Source: Callorhinchus milii
Lineage: Eukaryota
NCBI RefSeq assembly: GCF_018977255.1
Contig: NW_024705499.1
Location: forward strand, 1-39,072
Direction: 5' to 3'
DNA: 39,072 bases
Under the pieces are notes generated by a model. It had not been told where the DNA came from, searched no databases, and was given only the letters and a program-made list of their open reading frames with translations. This document shows positions 23,735 to 38,759 of this stretch, piece by piece. Position 1 is the stretch's first letter. Each line of letters begins with the position of its first letter. A program made the position numbers and the translations under genes.

Positions 23735-24210
23735 GGGCCGCAGTGGCCACTAGTCTCCGGGTGGCGCTGTGCTCCTTACGGAGCTGGAGGTCCTCTCGTC
23801 CCTCGTGCCCTCTTGCCCCTTCCGGCCACTTGCTCCTCGTCAGGTCGGGAGGACTCCTCCTCGATGGGCGGCTCTTGCTCGGCCCGTCGACCCTCGTCGG
23901 CGTCGTCATGGCCGCCCGTCGAAGGCGCCGGAAGGCCCGGAGCGCCGCTTAAATCGGCGTCCGCGGCTCCCCTCGGCCGCCTCTCCTTCCCCCCGCCGCC
24001 CCCGAGTGAGCGTCGGCGTGCGCGCAGCGCCTCCCCGCGCCCCCACCCCCCCGGGTCGTTTCCGCGGCTTCTTAACGGCTCGGGGCGGGAAAGGTGGGGA
24101 AAGGCCTCGGGAGCCCAAAATGGCGCCCTCCCCGAAAAGTAGCCCAATTGGGCGGGGGAGTAGCCCGAGCGGGTTGGGGAGTAGCCCCAAAGTAGCCCCC
24201 AAACGCGCTC
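23735..24210. promoter_or_regulatory. CpG island between divergent TSSK4 and TINF2
   Basis: Very GC/CpG-rich, with a YY1-like AAAATGGCG, CCAAT and GGGCGGGG. Candidate donors are at 24006 (plus, GTGAGC) and 23779 (minus, GTAAGG). Confidence 0.6.
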
Positions 24211-25322
24211 TCTCTCTCTCTCTCTCTCTCGACCACGAGTTTTTTTTAGTTATATATTATATTATATTACATATATTTTAAAAAAAGGATTTTAAATTGT
24301 GGTTTCAATTCGGTTTCTTTCGAACCCCTCCAAAAAAAAAGGTCTTTAGAGAGAGAGAGAGAGAGAGGGGGAGAGAGGGAGGGAGGGAGGGAGATAAGGA
24401 GTGAGAGAGAGAGATAAGGAGTGAGAGAGAGAGGGAGATGGAGGGAGGAGTGAGAGAGAGAGGGAGAGGGAGATAAGGAGTGAGAGAGAGAGATGGAGGG
24501 AGGGAGGAGTGAGAGAGAGAAGGAGATGGAGGGAGGGAGGAGTGAGCGAGAGAGGGAGATAAGGAGTGAGAGAGAGAGATGGAGGGAGGGAGGGAGGAGT
24601 GAGAGAGATAAGGAGTGAGAGACAGAGATAAGGAGTGAGAGAGAGAAGGAGATGGAGGGAGGGAGGAGTGAGAGAGAGGGAGATAAGGAGTGAGAGAGAG
24701 AGGGAGATGGAGGGAGGGAGTGAGAGAGAGAAGGAGTGAGAGAGAGAAGGAGTGAGGGAGGGAGGGAGGTGTCTGGGGGGGGGGGGGGGGGGGGGGCGTC
24801 TCTGTCTCTCACTCACTCTCTGTCTCTCTCTGTCACTCATTTCTCTCACTCTATTGCTTTCTCTGACGCGCTCTCTGTCTCCGTCACTGTTCTCACACAC
24901 TCCCTCCATCTCTCTCTCTGTCTCTCACTCACTCTCTCTGTCACTCATTTTCTCTCACTATTGCTTTCTCCGACACTCTTCTCTATCTCTGTCACTGTTC
25001 TCACACACTCCCTCCATCTCTCTCTGTCTCTCACTCACTGTCACTCTCTGTCTGTCTCTCTCTCTCTCTCTCTCACTCATTTTCTCTCCTCTCACTCTAT
25101 TGCTTTCTCTGACACACTCTCTATCTCTGTCACAGTTCTCACACACTCTCTCCATCTCTCTCTCTCTGTCTCTCAGTCACTCTCTGTCTCTCTCTGTCAC
25201 TCTCTCTGTCACTCATTTTCTCTCTCTCTCTCTCTCTCTCTATTGCTTTCCCTATCACTCTCTCTATCTCTGTCACCGGTCTCACACTCTCTCCATCTCT
25301 CTCTCTCTCTCTCTCTCCGCAG

Positions 25323-25881
25323 TGCTGACTGAAGAGGAGAGGCTGGAGCCTGGAATCTTGCCCCTGTGTCTGACGGCCCGAGCTGTGGGCTCTGTGCTGG
25401 GAGTGGGAGAGAGGGAGAGGGAGAGGGAGGGGGAGAGAGAAAGGGAGAAGGGCTCGAGGATAGATTACTTGCGAGTGATTGAGTTTGTGGAGAAGGTGAC
25501 AGAGGGTATCCCAGACCTTCTCTTCCCTCAACACCGAGCGCGGCTTCTAGTGGGCATCAAAGTCAAGGTAATGTCCTCTGTCTCTCTCTTTCTCTCCATC
25601 TTTCTGTCTCTCTCTCTCTCTCTGCCTTACGCTCTCTCTCTCACACATTCACTATCCCTCTAACTCACTCTTGTATAGTGTGTGTGTGTGAGTCTCTCTC
25701 TCTCACACTTTGTCTCTCTTCCTCTCACGCTCACTCTATCCCTCTGTCTCCTCTTCACTCTCTGTCTCTCGCGCTCATTCTATCCTTCACGGTCTCTCTC
25801 TCTCTCTCTCTCTCTCCCACACACTCTCTCAGCCTCTGTGTGAGTCTGTCACTCTCTCGCATTCTCACTCTCTGTCGCTCA

Positions 25882-25918
<37 letters not shown>

Positions 25919-28646
25919 ACACTCTCTCTGTCTCTCACTCTGACGTTCTCTCACACTCTGTCTCACAGTCTCTCTCTTGCGCTCTCACACGTTCTCTGTC
26001 CCTCTCTGTCTCACACTCACTTTCTCTATTCCTCTCTCACACACTCTCTTTCTCCACAGTTAATCCTTGACTTGTTAGTTGAAGGAAGGTCGATGACAAC
26101 AATCATCTCCCAACTTGATCGTCACTTTCCTCCCAACCTGGTGAGCACAGGAGACCCTGTAGCTCAGGGGTCAGACCCCTCCCCTCACACCCTACAGCCC
26201 CTGTAGCTCAGGGGTTAGACCCCTCCCCTCACACCCCACAGCCCCTGTAGCTCAGGGGTTAGACCCTGACCTCACACCCCACAGCCCCTGTAGCTCAGGG
26301 GTCAGACCCCTCCCCTCACAAGCCAGAGGACCCGGGTTCAATTCCCTTAGGCAAGTTTCCTTACTCCACACGCTGTTGACTGTGGGGCCGTCGCTGGGCG
26401 CAATTGGTTCTCACGCAAAACACATAGTCACTACGCTTTACCGTGTGTCCTGTGAAGCGCTCCGAGACGTCTCGACGACGCGATGAGGCGCCGGGTCAAA
26501 TGTAAGGATTATTATAATTATTCTAATCTCGCTGTCTCTCTCTCTCTCTCTCTCTCGCTCAGGATGAACAGTTTGTGGATAAGGTTAATCTTTGTTTCCG
26601 TCAACTTATTCTCCGCCTCTTGAAAGATCAGCAGTTCAGGAAACACTTCTTACAGGTAATGTCACTCTCTCTTCCCTCACACACACTCTCTTTCTCTCTC
26701 TCACTCTCTCACTCACTCACTCACTCTCAGCTTGTCCCTCCCTCGCGTACTCTCTCACTCCCCTCTCCGTCACTCAGTCAGTCTCGCTCTCTCTCTCTCA
26801 CTCACTCAGACTCTCACTCGCTCACACATTCACACACTCACGTACTCTTGCTCACTCTCTACCTCGCACCCTCACTTGACTCACACACATACTCTCTCTC
26901 TCGCACTCTCATTCACTCACTCATGCACACGGTCTCTCTGACACACAGTCTCTCTCACACACACACACAGTCTCTCACCCGCACACAGTCTCGCGCGCGC
27001 ACGCACACGGACACAGGGAATGATCAGTGTGTTGTCTGTGTGTGTTACAGAAGCAGATACATGAGGAATATGGAGCAGAATTCCTGACAGCGTTACGCAA
27101 ACTGTACTGGGAATTTTTGCACCGACTGAAACAGGCCGTGTCTGACTCACAGTTACAGCAGGTACGTGGGTCTGTGTGTGTGTGTGTGTGTGTCTCTCCC
27201 TCTCTTTGTGTCTCACTATGTGTGTCTGTCTTTCAGTATCTCTCGCACTCTCTCAGTCTCTCTCACTCTCAGTCTCTCTCTGTCTCTTTCACACTCTCTG
27301 TCTCTGTCTCTCGCACTTTCTCAGTCTCTCTCACACTCTCTCTCTCTCTCACACTCGCTGTCTCTCTCACACTCTCTGCCTCTCGCACACTCTCTCAGTC
27401 TCTCTCTGTCTCTCACACTTTCTCAGTCTCTCTCTCTCACTCTCTCTGTCTCTCTCTCTCACTCTCTGTCTCTCTCACACTCTCTCTCTCAATCAGTCTC
27501 TCTCACGCTCTCTCACACTCTCTCTCTCTCTCTCTGTCTCTCTCACACTCTCTCAGTCTCTCTCACGCTCACTCAGTCTCTCTCACACTCTCTCAGTCTC
27601 TCACACTCTCTCTCTCGATCTCCCCCCAGTTTCTGGTAGCTGCTCAGACAAGAACACAGAACAGTGACTTGTCAGACCAAAATCTTTTACAACAGTATCT
27701 GAGATTGTTGAAGTCTGACAGTGAACAGCAAGAGGGTGAGTGTGTGTTTCTCCGTCTCTCAGTCTTACTCTCTCTATGTGTCTCTTTCTCTCTCACTGCA
27801 TCTCTCTTCGTCAATTCGTCTTTCTCTCAGTCTCTCTCTCTCTGTCTCTCTCTTTCAGTCCCTCTCTCAGTCTCTCCCTCCCTCTCTCATGTTCTCTCCC
27901 TCTCTCCCAGATCTCCCGCCGTATTCCCCCCCCCGCTTGCGGAGTCTGGTTCCCGTACTACACAGACAGCCGCCTTCGTCCTCGAGGGACGCCTTCCGGA
28001 AAGTGGCGCGGAGGCCGGGACTCCGGCCTCGCTCCCCCCGACAGCGTGTGGGCGATCAGTCTCCCAGCGACCCCAACAGAGAGACGGAGAGACCAGGAGG
28101 CAGCAGGGAAAGAGGTCTGTGTGTGTGTGTGTGTGTGTATCTCTCTGTGTATGTGTGTCTCTCTCTCTCTGTGTCTCTCGCTCACACTCCCTCTGTTTAT
28201 GTGTGTGTGTCTCTGGGTGTGTCTCTCTCATTCTCTCTTATTCCCTGTCTCTCATTCTCTCTCACACTCACTCTCTCTCTCTCTCTCTCAGGCAGTCCTG
28301 AATTAGTCTCAGACTCTGAAGATGAGCGTGAGAGGCCCACCGTGAGCACCAACGACAGACCAGTGAGTCGCACAGGATGCTAATTACAATAATAATTGTA
28401 AACCTTGCATTTGAAACAGATTCAGTGAGTGCGTGAGAGAGGCCGAGAGTGAGAGAGAGACCGAGAGAGAGCGAGAAAGACTGAGGGAGAGGGAGAGAGA
28501 GAGAGAGAGAGAGAGAGTGAGAGAGACTGAGAGAGAGTGAGAGAGAAAAATAATAATCTTTGCAGTTGATAATTGTTGCAAAGGTTTCGTCCTGTCCTGT
28601 CTCGCCCGGGAATCGAACCCAGGTTCTCTCGCTTGCAGACGACGCG

Positions 28647-28677
<31 letters not shown>

Positions 28678-29080
28678 ACTCTGTCTCACACTCTCTCTCT
28701 CTCTCTGTGTGTGTCTCTCTAGGGAACGAGTGATCTCTATCTCAAGACAAAATACAACACATATATTCCGACACTGAAACAATACAGAACCTCTTCGAGA
28801 AGGAAATCTTGTGTCTGGTAAGAGAGTCAAATCATAGGTGTGTGTGTGTATGTGTGTGTGTGTCTCTGTGTGCGTGTGTGTGTCTCTCTTTCTATCTGTC
28901 TGCGTCCGCGCTCTCGCCCGCAAAACACACAGTCACTACACTTCACAGCGTGTCCCGTGAAGCGCTTTGAGACGTCTCACCGACGTGATGATAAGGCTCC
29001 GGGTCAAACCCCGGGGATTGTTACTGTTATTATTAATTCTCTGTCTCTCTCTCTCTCTCTCTCTCCCTCTGTCTCTCAGA
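25323..29080 (+). CDS. TINF2: TERF1-interacting nuclear factor 2 (shelterin TIN2); start exon not resolved
   Basis: In-frame exons are 25323-25567, 26060-26140, 26563-26655, 27051-27161, 27630-27735, 27911-28114, 28292-28362 and 28723-28817, with base 29080 completing TGA (or TAA at 28819-28821 if unspliced). TIN2-like motifs include RVIEFV, HRARLLVGIKVKLILDL, LDRHFP, EEYGAEFLTALRKLYWEFL, and C-terminal LVSDSEDE and YLKTKYNTYIPTL. The gene is tail-to-tail with the GMPR2 3' exons, as in human. Confidence 0.85.
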
Positions 29081-29172
29081 GTTGGTGGAAATCCTTCACA
29101 AGGGGGAGTGGAGTCTTGAGTTAAGATTTTATTCTTTTTGTTTGTTTCGTAAATAATGTTAAATTTCGACCC

Positions 29173-29178
29173 AATAAA
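29173..29178 (+). terminator. Candidate TINF2 polyadenylation signal
   Basis: AATAAA in the terminal exon that begins at 29080. Confidence 0.55.
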
Positions 29179-30603
29179 TCTGCTGAACTTGACGTCGTGC
29201 ACCTCCCCGCCCGGGCCCGACCGGCTGCCGGGTTTGGCCCCCGAAACACTTGCCGGCGTGTCCCGCGGAGCGCTTTGAGACGTCTCGAGGACGCGGTCGG
29301 GCGCCGGGTCACACCCCGGGGGATCGTTGTTGTTATATTCCTCCCCCCCGCATCGTATACGTGCTGGTGATCGCTCTCTCTCTCTCTCTCTCCCCCCATT
29401 AACCCCATTTCCTTGCGCTCTATCTCTCTCTCTCTCACACACTCTCTGTCTGTCTTACTTTCTCACACACTCTGTCTGTCTCTCTCTGTCTCTCACTATC
29501 TGTCTGTCTCTCTCTCTCTGTCTCTCACACACTCTCTCCCTGTCTCTCTCTCACTATCTGTTTCTCTCTCACTGTCTGTCTCTCTCTCACTGTCTGTCTC
29601 TCTCTCTCTCACTCTCTCTGTCTCTCTCTCACTATCTCTCTCTCTCTGTCTCGCTCACACTCTTATCACTCTGTCCTCTAACCCCATTCCCCTGCTTTCT
29701 CTCTCTCTCTCTCTCTCCTTCCTTTCCCCCCCCCCATCGTGTCCGTGCCTTTGCTCCGTTAAACAGACAACACACATACACATTTTGGGACTGATCTTAA
29801 AGTGCCAGTTTTATACTTAAGAAGCTGGAATGCTTGAAATAAATCGGAATTAAGAGATTATATGGAAGCGGCAAAGCTTCGAGAGACACCTGTCTGGGGT
29901 CGGGGGTGCGGGGCGGGAAGTGAGTGTGCGAGAGAGTGAGTGAGTGTATGAGGGCGCGTGTGAATGTGTAGGTGAGTGAGTACACGTGAGTGGTGAGTGG
30001 GTGTGAGACATCTCTCTGGGGGGTAAGTGAGTGAAAGGCACTGTAAATTCCCTCTCACTCTGTCTGTCTCTCTCTCTCTCACTGTGTCTCTCTCACTCGC
30101 GTGTGCGTGGGTCTGTCTCTCATTCTGTGTGTGTCCCTCTCTCTCGCTCTGTCCGCGTGTCCCTCTTGTCTGTCTCTCTCTCACTGTGTGTGTCTCACTC
30201 TTTCTGCGTCTCTCTCTCACTCTTTCTCTGTGTCTCCCTCTCATTCTGTGTGTGTCTCGCTGTCTCTCTCTCACTCTCTCCCTCTCTCACTCTGTGTCTC
30301 ACCGTGTGGGTGTGGGTGTCTCTCTCACTCCGTTGGTGTGTCTCTCTCTCACTCTGTGCGTCTCTCTCTATCTGTCTCTCTCTCTCTGTGTGCGCGAGAC
30401 CGTGTGTGTGTCTCTTTCTCTCTCCCAAGGCAGTGTGTGTGAGTGCGTCAGAGTGTGTGGGACTTTGTGTGTGTGTGTGTGTGTGTAAGATGTTTCGGGG
30501 CGGAAGGGGGGGTGAGCGAAAGGCTCTGTAAGCCGGGCAGCGAGAGACACAGAAAGAGAGAGAGAGCGAGAGAGGGAGAGAAGGAGCGAGAGGGGGACAG
30601 GGT

Positions 30604-31320
30604 TCAGGTGAAGACAGTGTTGAGCTGCTGACTGACACGAATGAAGGTTGTTCTGCGACTGAGTTCCTTGAGCTTTGCGGCCCCCACATAGGTACAGGTG
30701 GACCTGACGCCCCCCAGAATATCACGCACCGTCCCCTCCAGGTCCCCTTTGTACTCCACCTCCACCGTCTTCCCCTCCGAGGCCCTGCGAGAGAGAGAGA
30801 GGGAGTGTGAGAGAGAGGGGGGAGACAAGAAAGCAAGGGAGACAGAGCGAGAGAGAGGGAGTGAGGGAGACACAGATAGAGAGAGAGACAAACACAGAGA
30901 CACAGACGACTTTCTCTCACACACTCCCTCTCTCACACACTCTCTCCCTCTCTCACACTCTCTCTCACGCACTTCCTCTCTCTTACACACTCTCACATTC
31001 CCTCTCTCACACACACCCTTCACACAGCCCCTCTCTCTTACACACTCACTCTCTCACACACACCCTTCACACTCCCTCTCACACACTCTCTCACACACTC
31101 CCTCTCTCTCTCACACTCTCTCACACACTCCCTCTCTCTCACACACTCCCTCTCTCTCACCTGTAGTCAGACACCCCTCCTGTGTGTTTCCTCATCGCTG
31201 TCTCTGAGCTCATCCCGTAAAACAGTTTAAATTTCTTCCCATTTTTCTCGATGATTTCACCCCCGCACTGAGTGTGTCCAGCCAGCATTCCCCCCAGCAT
31301 CACAAAGTCAGCCCCCGCCC
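30604..31320 (-). CDS. GMPR2: GMP reductase 2, last two coding exons (8-9), opposite strand to exons 1-7
   Basis: Exon 31161-31320 encodes [15 protein letters not shown]...KLFYGMSS...GGVSDY. Exon 30604-30784 encodes ASEGKTVEV...[29 protein letters not shown]...*. Exon 8 starts in phase 1, matching the end of exon 7. Confidence 0.93.
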
Positions 31321-31321
31321 C

Positions 31322-32064
31322 TATACACAGGGAGAGAGGGAGTGTGAGCGCGGGAGAGAGAGAGAAAAACAGCCCCCGCCCCTACACACAGGGAGAGAGG
31401 GAGTGTGAGAGAGCGCGGGAGAGAGAGAGACAGAGAAAAACAGCCCCCGCTCCTACACACAGGGAGAGAGGGAGTGTGAGAGAGCGAGAGAGAGAAAAAC
31501 AGCCCCCGCTCCCACACACAGGGAGAGAGGGAGTGTGAGAGAGCGCGGGAGAGAGAGAGAGAGAAAAACAGCCCCCGCTCCCACACACAGGGAGAGAGGG
31601 AGTGTGAGAGAGCGCGGGAGAGAGAGAGAGAGAAAAACAGCCCCCGCTCCCACACACAGGGAGAGAGGGAGTGTGAGAGAGCGCGGGAGAGAGAGAGAGA
31701 AAAACACCCCGCTCCTACACACAGGGAGAGAGGGAGTGTGAGAGAGCGCGGAGAGAGAGAGGGAGAGAAAAACAGCCCCGCTCCACACACAGGAGAGAGG
31801 GAGTGTGAGAGAGCGCGGAGAGAGAGAGGAGAGAGAAAAACAGCCCCCGCTCCTACACACAGGGAGAGAGGGAGTGTGAGAGAGCGCGGGAGAGAGAGAG
31901 GGAGAGAGAAAAACAGCCCCCGCTCCCACACACAGGGAGAGAGGGAGTGTGAGAGAGCGCGGGAGAGAGAGAGGAGAGAGAAAAACAGCCCCCGCTCCCA
32001 CACACAGGGAGAGAGGGAGTGTGAGAGAGCGCGGGAGAGAGAGAGAGAGAAAAACAGCCCCCGC
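31322..32064 (-). repeat. 60-75-bp tandem repeat of the GMPR2 exon 8 acceptor region
   Basis: About 11 units. The same repeat occurs in the opposite orientation at 38760-39072. Confidence 0.9.
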
Positions 32065-33110
32065 ACGTGAGAGGTGCTGTAAGTGGCGAAGCGTTGTGAG
32101 ACGTCCGTGTACGTGCGTGTTAAGAGTGTGTGAGGCGTCTGTGTGTGTGTGTGTGTGTGTGTGTGAGACACCTCTGTGTGTGTGTGTGAAACGTCTCCAT
32201 GGTGTGTGAGTGATGTCTGTGTGTGTGAGTACGTGTGAGACGTCTCTCTCTATGTGTGACGTCTGTGTGTGTGTGACAAGAGCCTGTGTGTGTGTGTGTG
32301 TGAGTGACGGAGCCTGTGTGTGTGTGTGTGTGTGAGTGACGGAGCCTGTGTGTGTGTGTGTGAGTGACGGAGCCTGTGTGTGTGTGTGTGATGGAGTCTG
32401 TGTGTGTGTGTGTGACAGAGCCTGTGTGTGTGTGTCTGTCTGTGTGTGCCTGTGTGTGTGAGTGACAGAGCCTGTGTGTATGTGATGGAGTCTGTGTGTG
32501 TCTGTGTCTGTGTGTGTGAGTGACAGAGCCTGTGTGTGTGTGATGGAGTCTGTGTGTGTGTGTGACAGAGCCTGTGTGTATGTGATGGAGTCTGTGTGTG
32601 TCTGTGTGTGTGTGTGTAAGTGACAGAGCCTGTGTGTGTGTGATGGAGTCTGTGTGTGTCTGTGTGTGTGTGTGTGTGTGACAGAGCCTGTGTGTGTGTG
32701 ATGGAGTCTGTGTGTGTCTGTGTGTGTGTGTGAGTGACAGAGCCTGTGTGTGTGTGATGGAGTCTGTGTGTGTGATGGAGTCTGTGTGTGTCTGTATGTG
32801 TCTGTGTGTGCGCTGCGACACAAACATATCGTCACATCAGATAATATTATAATGACATTATTACAAACATAATTAATAACAACAATAACTACAACCCCCC
32901 CCCCGGGGGGTGCGACCCGGCGCCCGATCCCGTCCTCGAGACGTCTCAAAGCGCTTCGCGGGCCACGCCGTCGAGTGTAGTGACTGTGTGTGTGTGTGTT
33001 TCGGGCGACGTCCCCACAAACAGCCGCGGAGTCGAAGCCACCGAATCATTATTACTATTGTCATTATTATTGCTATTATTGTTGTTTTTGGCCCCAAAAA
33101 AAGATCTCAC

Positions 33111-33128
33111 CTTTACTTTGATCAACAT
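33111..33128 (-). CDS. NEDD8: NEDD8 first coding exon (MLIKVK); remaining exons are not in the window
   Basis: The minus strand reads aaaATGTTGATCAAAGTAAAG|gtgaga, i.e. the NEDD8 N-terminus followed by a phase-0 donor. It lies head-to-head with GMPR2 across a CpG-rich promoter, the arrangement known in human. Confidence 0.85.
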
Positions 33129-33424
33129 TTTGTCCTTTTTTTTTCCTTCTGGTTTTTTTTTCTGACCCTCTCTCTCTCTCTCTCTCTCCTTTTTCTCCTC
33201 TTCTTTCTCTCTCTCTCTCTCTCTCTCACCTCTATCCCTTTCTCTTCTCTCCCTCTTTCTCTGTCCTTTTCTCTCTCTCTCTTTTCTCTCTCTCTCCTTC
33301 TACCTCTCTCTCTCCTTCTCTCTCTGTCTCTCTCCTTCTATCCCTCTCTCAGCTTCTCCTTCTATCCTTTTTTTCTCTCTCTCTCTCTCTCCTTCTCTCT
33401 CTCCAAAAAAAATCTCTCCTTTCC

Positions 33425-33780
33425 CCGCACTTCGCCACCAAAGCTTTCCACTTCCGGGTCGCTGCCCCCCCTGGCCGGAAGTGCCTGCCGCAGCGCCTTC
33501 TGGGGGGAAAATGATGCGCTCACCCACGTGACGCTCCCAGCCGTGTGACCCACGTGACGCGCTCAGCCCGAGGGGGGGGACCCACGTGACTCCCCTCCGC
33601 TACGGGCGTCACGTGGCTCGGCCCCTCGCCAACCGCCGCCCAGGGATCCGCCCACGTGACTCCCCCGCCCCCACCACCCAGGGGACCCGCCCAACCACGT
33701 GACGCAGCGGGGGGAAGCCACGTGACCAGGGTGGGGCGGGGCTAGAGCGGGGTAGGGGGCGGGGCTGACACGTCACCGAG
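33425..33780. promoter_or_regulatory. Bidirectional NEDD8/GMPR2 promoter
   Basis: Two ETS sites (CACTTCCGG, CCGGAAGTG), seven CACGTG E-boxes within 33525-33724 and several GC boxes, lying between the two divergent start exons. Confidence 0.75.
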
Positions 33781-34617
33781 AGAGAATCAAAGCGCTTCAC
33801 AGGATACACTGTGCAGTGTAGTGACTGTGTGCTCCGCCCTGGGCTGTCCGGCTTCAGGAAGAGAGAGAGAGAACGAGACAGAGAGAGAGAGAGAGAGAGA
33901 AAACGAGACAGAGAGAGGGAGAGAAAGAGCGAGACAGAGAGAGAGAGAACGAGACAGAGAGAGAGAGAGCGAGACAGAGAGAGAGAACGAGACAGAGAGA
34001 GAGAGAACGAGACAGAGAGAGAGAAAACGAGACAGAGAGAGGGAGAGAGAGAACGAGACAGAGAGAGGGAGAGAGAGAACGAGACAGAGAGGGAGAGAGA
34101 GAACGAGACAGAGAGAGGGAGAGAGAGAGAACGAGACAGAGAGAGGGAGAGAGATAGAACGAGACAGAGAGAGGGAGAGAGAGAACGAGACAGAGAGAGA
34201 GAGAGAACGAGACAGAGAGAGAGAAACGAGACAGAGAGAGGGAGAGAGAGAACGAGACAGAGAGAGGGAGAGAGAGAAAGAGACAGAGAGAGAGAGAGAG
34301 AGAGAACGAGACAGAGGGAGAGAGAGAACGAGACAGAGAGAGGGAGAGAGAGAGAACGAGACAGAGAGAGAGAGAGATAGAACGAGACAGAGAGAGGGAG
34401 AGAGAGAACGAGACTGCGAGAACAAGACAGAGAGAGAGAGAAGAGACAGAGAGAGTGAACGAGAGAAAGTGGGAGGGGGAGAGAGAGAGAGAGAGCGTGA
34501 AAGAGAGACTGAGGAAGGAATTTGCGAGTCACGCTATTGACAGAGAGAGAGAGAGAGAGAAAGAGAGGAATCCCGTGGCCTCTGTGTCGGTGAAAGGGTT
34601 AAGTCCGTCCCCTCGCG

Positions 34618-38709
<4,092 letters not shown>

Positions 38710-38759
38710 GTCAGTCTCTCTCTCTCTCTCTAACACACTCACTCCCTCTCTCTCTTGCT

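Noticed and set aside
23776..24147. 123-aa minus-strand ORF with a vaguely NOP9-like basic stretch
   Set aside because: It has no ATG in frame, lies in GC-rich sequence where open frames are expected, and has no downstream NOP9-like exons.
30604..33128. NEDD8 exon 1 to GMPR2 exons 8-9 fusion protein, or GMPR2 trans-splicing
   Set aside because: The NEDD8 donor is phase 0 while the GMPR2 acceptors are phases 1 and 2, so a fusion would be out of frame. Inversion or mis-assembly explains the layout more simply than trans-splicing.
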